Under the pieces are notes generated by a model that made no database searches, was not told where the DNA came from, and was given only the letters and a program-made list of their open reading frames with translations. Positions 38,793 to 39,452 of a DNA stretch of 39,452 bases are shown in pieces. Made by a program: the position numbers and the translations under genes. Within the stretch, counting starts at the first letter, position 1. Each line of letters starts with the position of its first letter. Source of the DNA: Acetobacteraceae bacterium (GTDB lineage: Bacteria; Bacillota; Sulfobacillia; JAIMBG01); assembly GCA_023511555.1 (NCBI GenBank), contig JAIMBG010000003.1, forward strand, positions 1 to 39,452. Direction: 5' to 3'.

Positions 38793-38863
38793 CCGGCCTC
38801 ACCCCCTCCCCCCTGTCCCGCCGGGCCTTCGCCGGGGCGGGTATGAAGGAATCTGCCGGGGGT

Positions 38864-38890
38864 TTTCTACACCGCGGCCCATACTCCTTC
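38864..38890 (-). promoter_or_regulatory. SigH-like promoter candidate for the basic peptide
   Basis: GAAGGA-N17-GAAA (TAGAAA), about 70 nt upstream of the ATG. Confidence 0.4.
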
Positions 38891-39292
38891 TGTGGTTCCA
38901 TCCTGACCGGCCAAAACTCCCAGGGCGTCGGAGCCGCTCCCCAAGCAGCCGGGGTAAGCCAAGGCGCAGCTCAAGGGCGCCCACCCGCACCTCCAGCTCC
39001 GATAGAAGCACTCGGGTGGCGGCGGAGAGGAGCAGGGCGACCCCGTGCCATAGGTGTTCCAGTATGCCGGACGGTAGGCCACGATGCTCGTGTCGGCGTA
39101 GCGGCGGGCGGAGACGTAGCACTCAACGTCACCTTTGTCGGTTGCGGTGTAGGTGTAGATGTCGCCGCTCTATGACATCACTTTTTCGATCCAGGTGGTG
39201 GACGGGTACACGCTATGGTCCCGGCTTCCGATTCCGTAGCGGCTCGTGGCGCCGCCGCAGCCGCGGCCCCCCAAAGGGCGAAGACACAGAAG
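38867..39292 (-). pseudogene. Probable gene remnant with an internal TAG
   Basis: One frame reads ..YGIGSRDHSVYPSTTWIEKVMS*SGDIYTYTATDKGDVECYVSARRYADTSIVAYRPAYWNTYG.., with coding-like codons on both sides of the TAG at 39170-39172 and no clear start. Confidence 0.35.
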
Positions 39293-39296
39293 CTAT

Positions 39297-39325
39297 AGGG
39301 AGAGGGCCTGTCCGGCCCTCTCCCT
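39297..39325. terminator. 12-bp perfect hairpin, possible terminator
   Basis: AGGGAGAGGGCC-TGTCC-GGCCCTCTCCCT with only weak pyrimidine tails on either side. Confidence 0.5.
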
Positions 39326-39452
39326 TTCCTTGCCGGCGATGGTTCGGCGCCAGCCGAAGCGCCAGCCAAAGCCAGGCCCCCGGTCGGCAGCCGCCCGGCC
39401 CACCGGAGGGGCCCGCCCCCTCCAGGTCCTTCCGCGCCGCCCCGCCCTCTGC

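Overview
Very GC-rich bacterial chromosome segment. It is most likely an anaerobic Bacillota (Firmicute), inferred from a perfect CIRCE element, strong Shine-Dalgarno sequences and recurrent SigH-like promoters. From left to right: (1) a minus-strand operon cstA - small membrane protein - two divergent ArsA/Get3-like ATPases; (2) a lower-GC two-gene insert encoding a PHP-ABC ATPase (Ppl/TrlF-like) coupled to a Schlafen/AlbA_2 protein; (3) groESL with CIRCE; (4) a molybdenum-cofactor operon (small Cys protein, moeA, moeA-PBP, moaA, moaC, moaB) headed by a Moco riboswitch and terminator; (5) tdk; (6) a NuoF/FdhA/NuoE-type NAD-linked formate dehydrogenase with fdhD, followed by thiolase and hbd; (7) a lower-GC four-gene operon encoding a Type IIG restriction-modification fusion, a NurA-like nuclease, a HerA-like ATPase and an SPPY-type DNA methyltransferase, the best candidate for an undescribed defence system; (8) exported proteins, a GNAT acetyltransferase and an unannotated 30-aa lysine-rich, histone-tail-like peptide. 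I saw no rRNA, tRNA, CRISPR array, integrase or transposase. All calls rest on motif recognition by eye; no searches were run.
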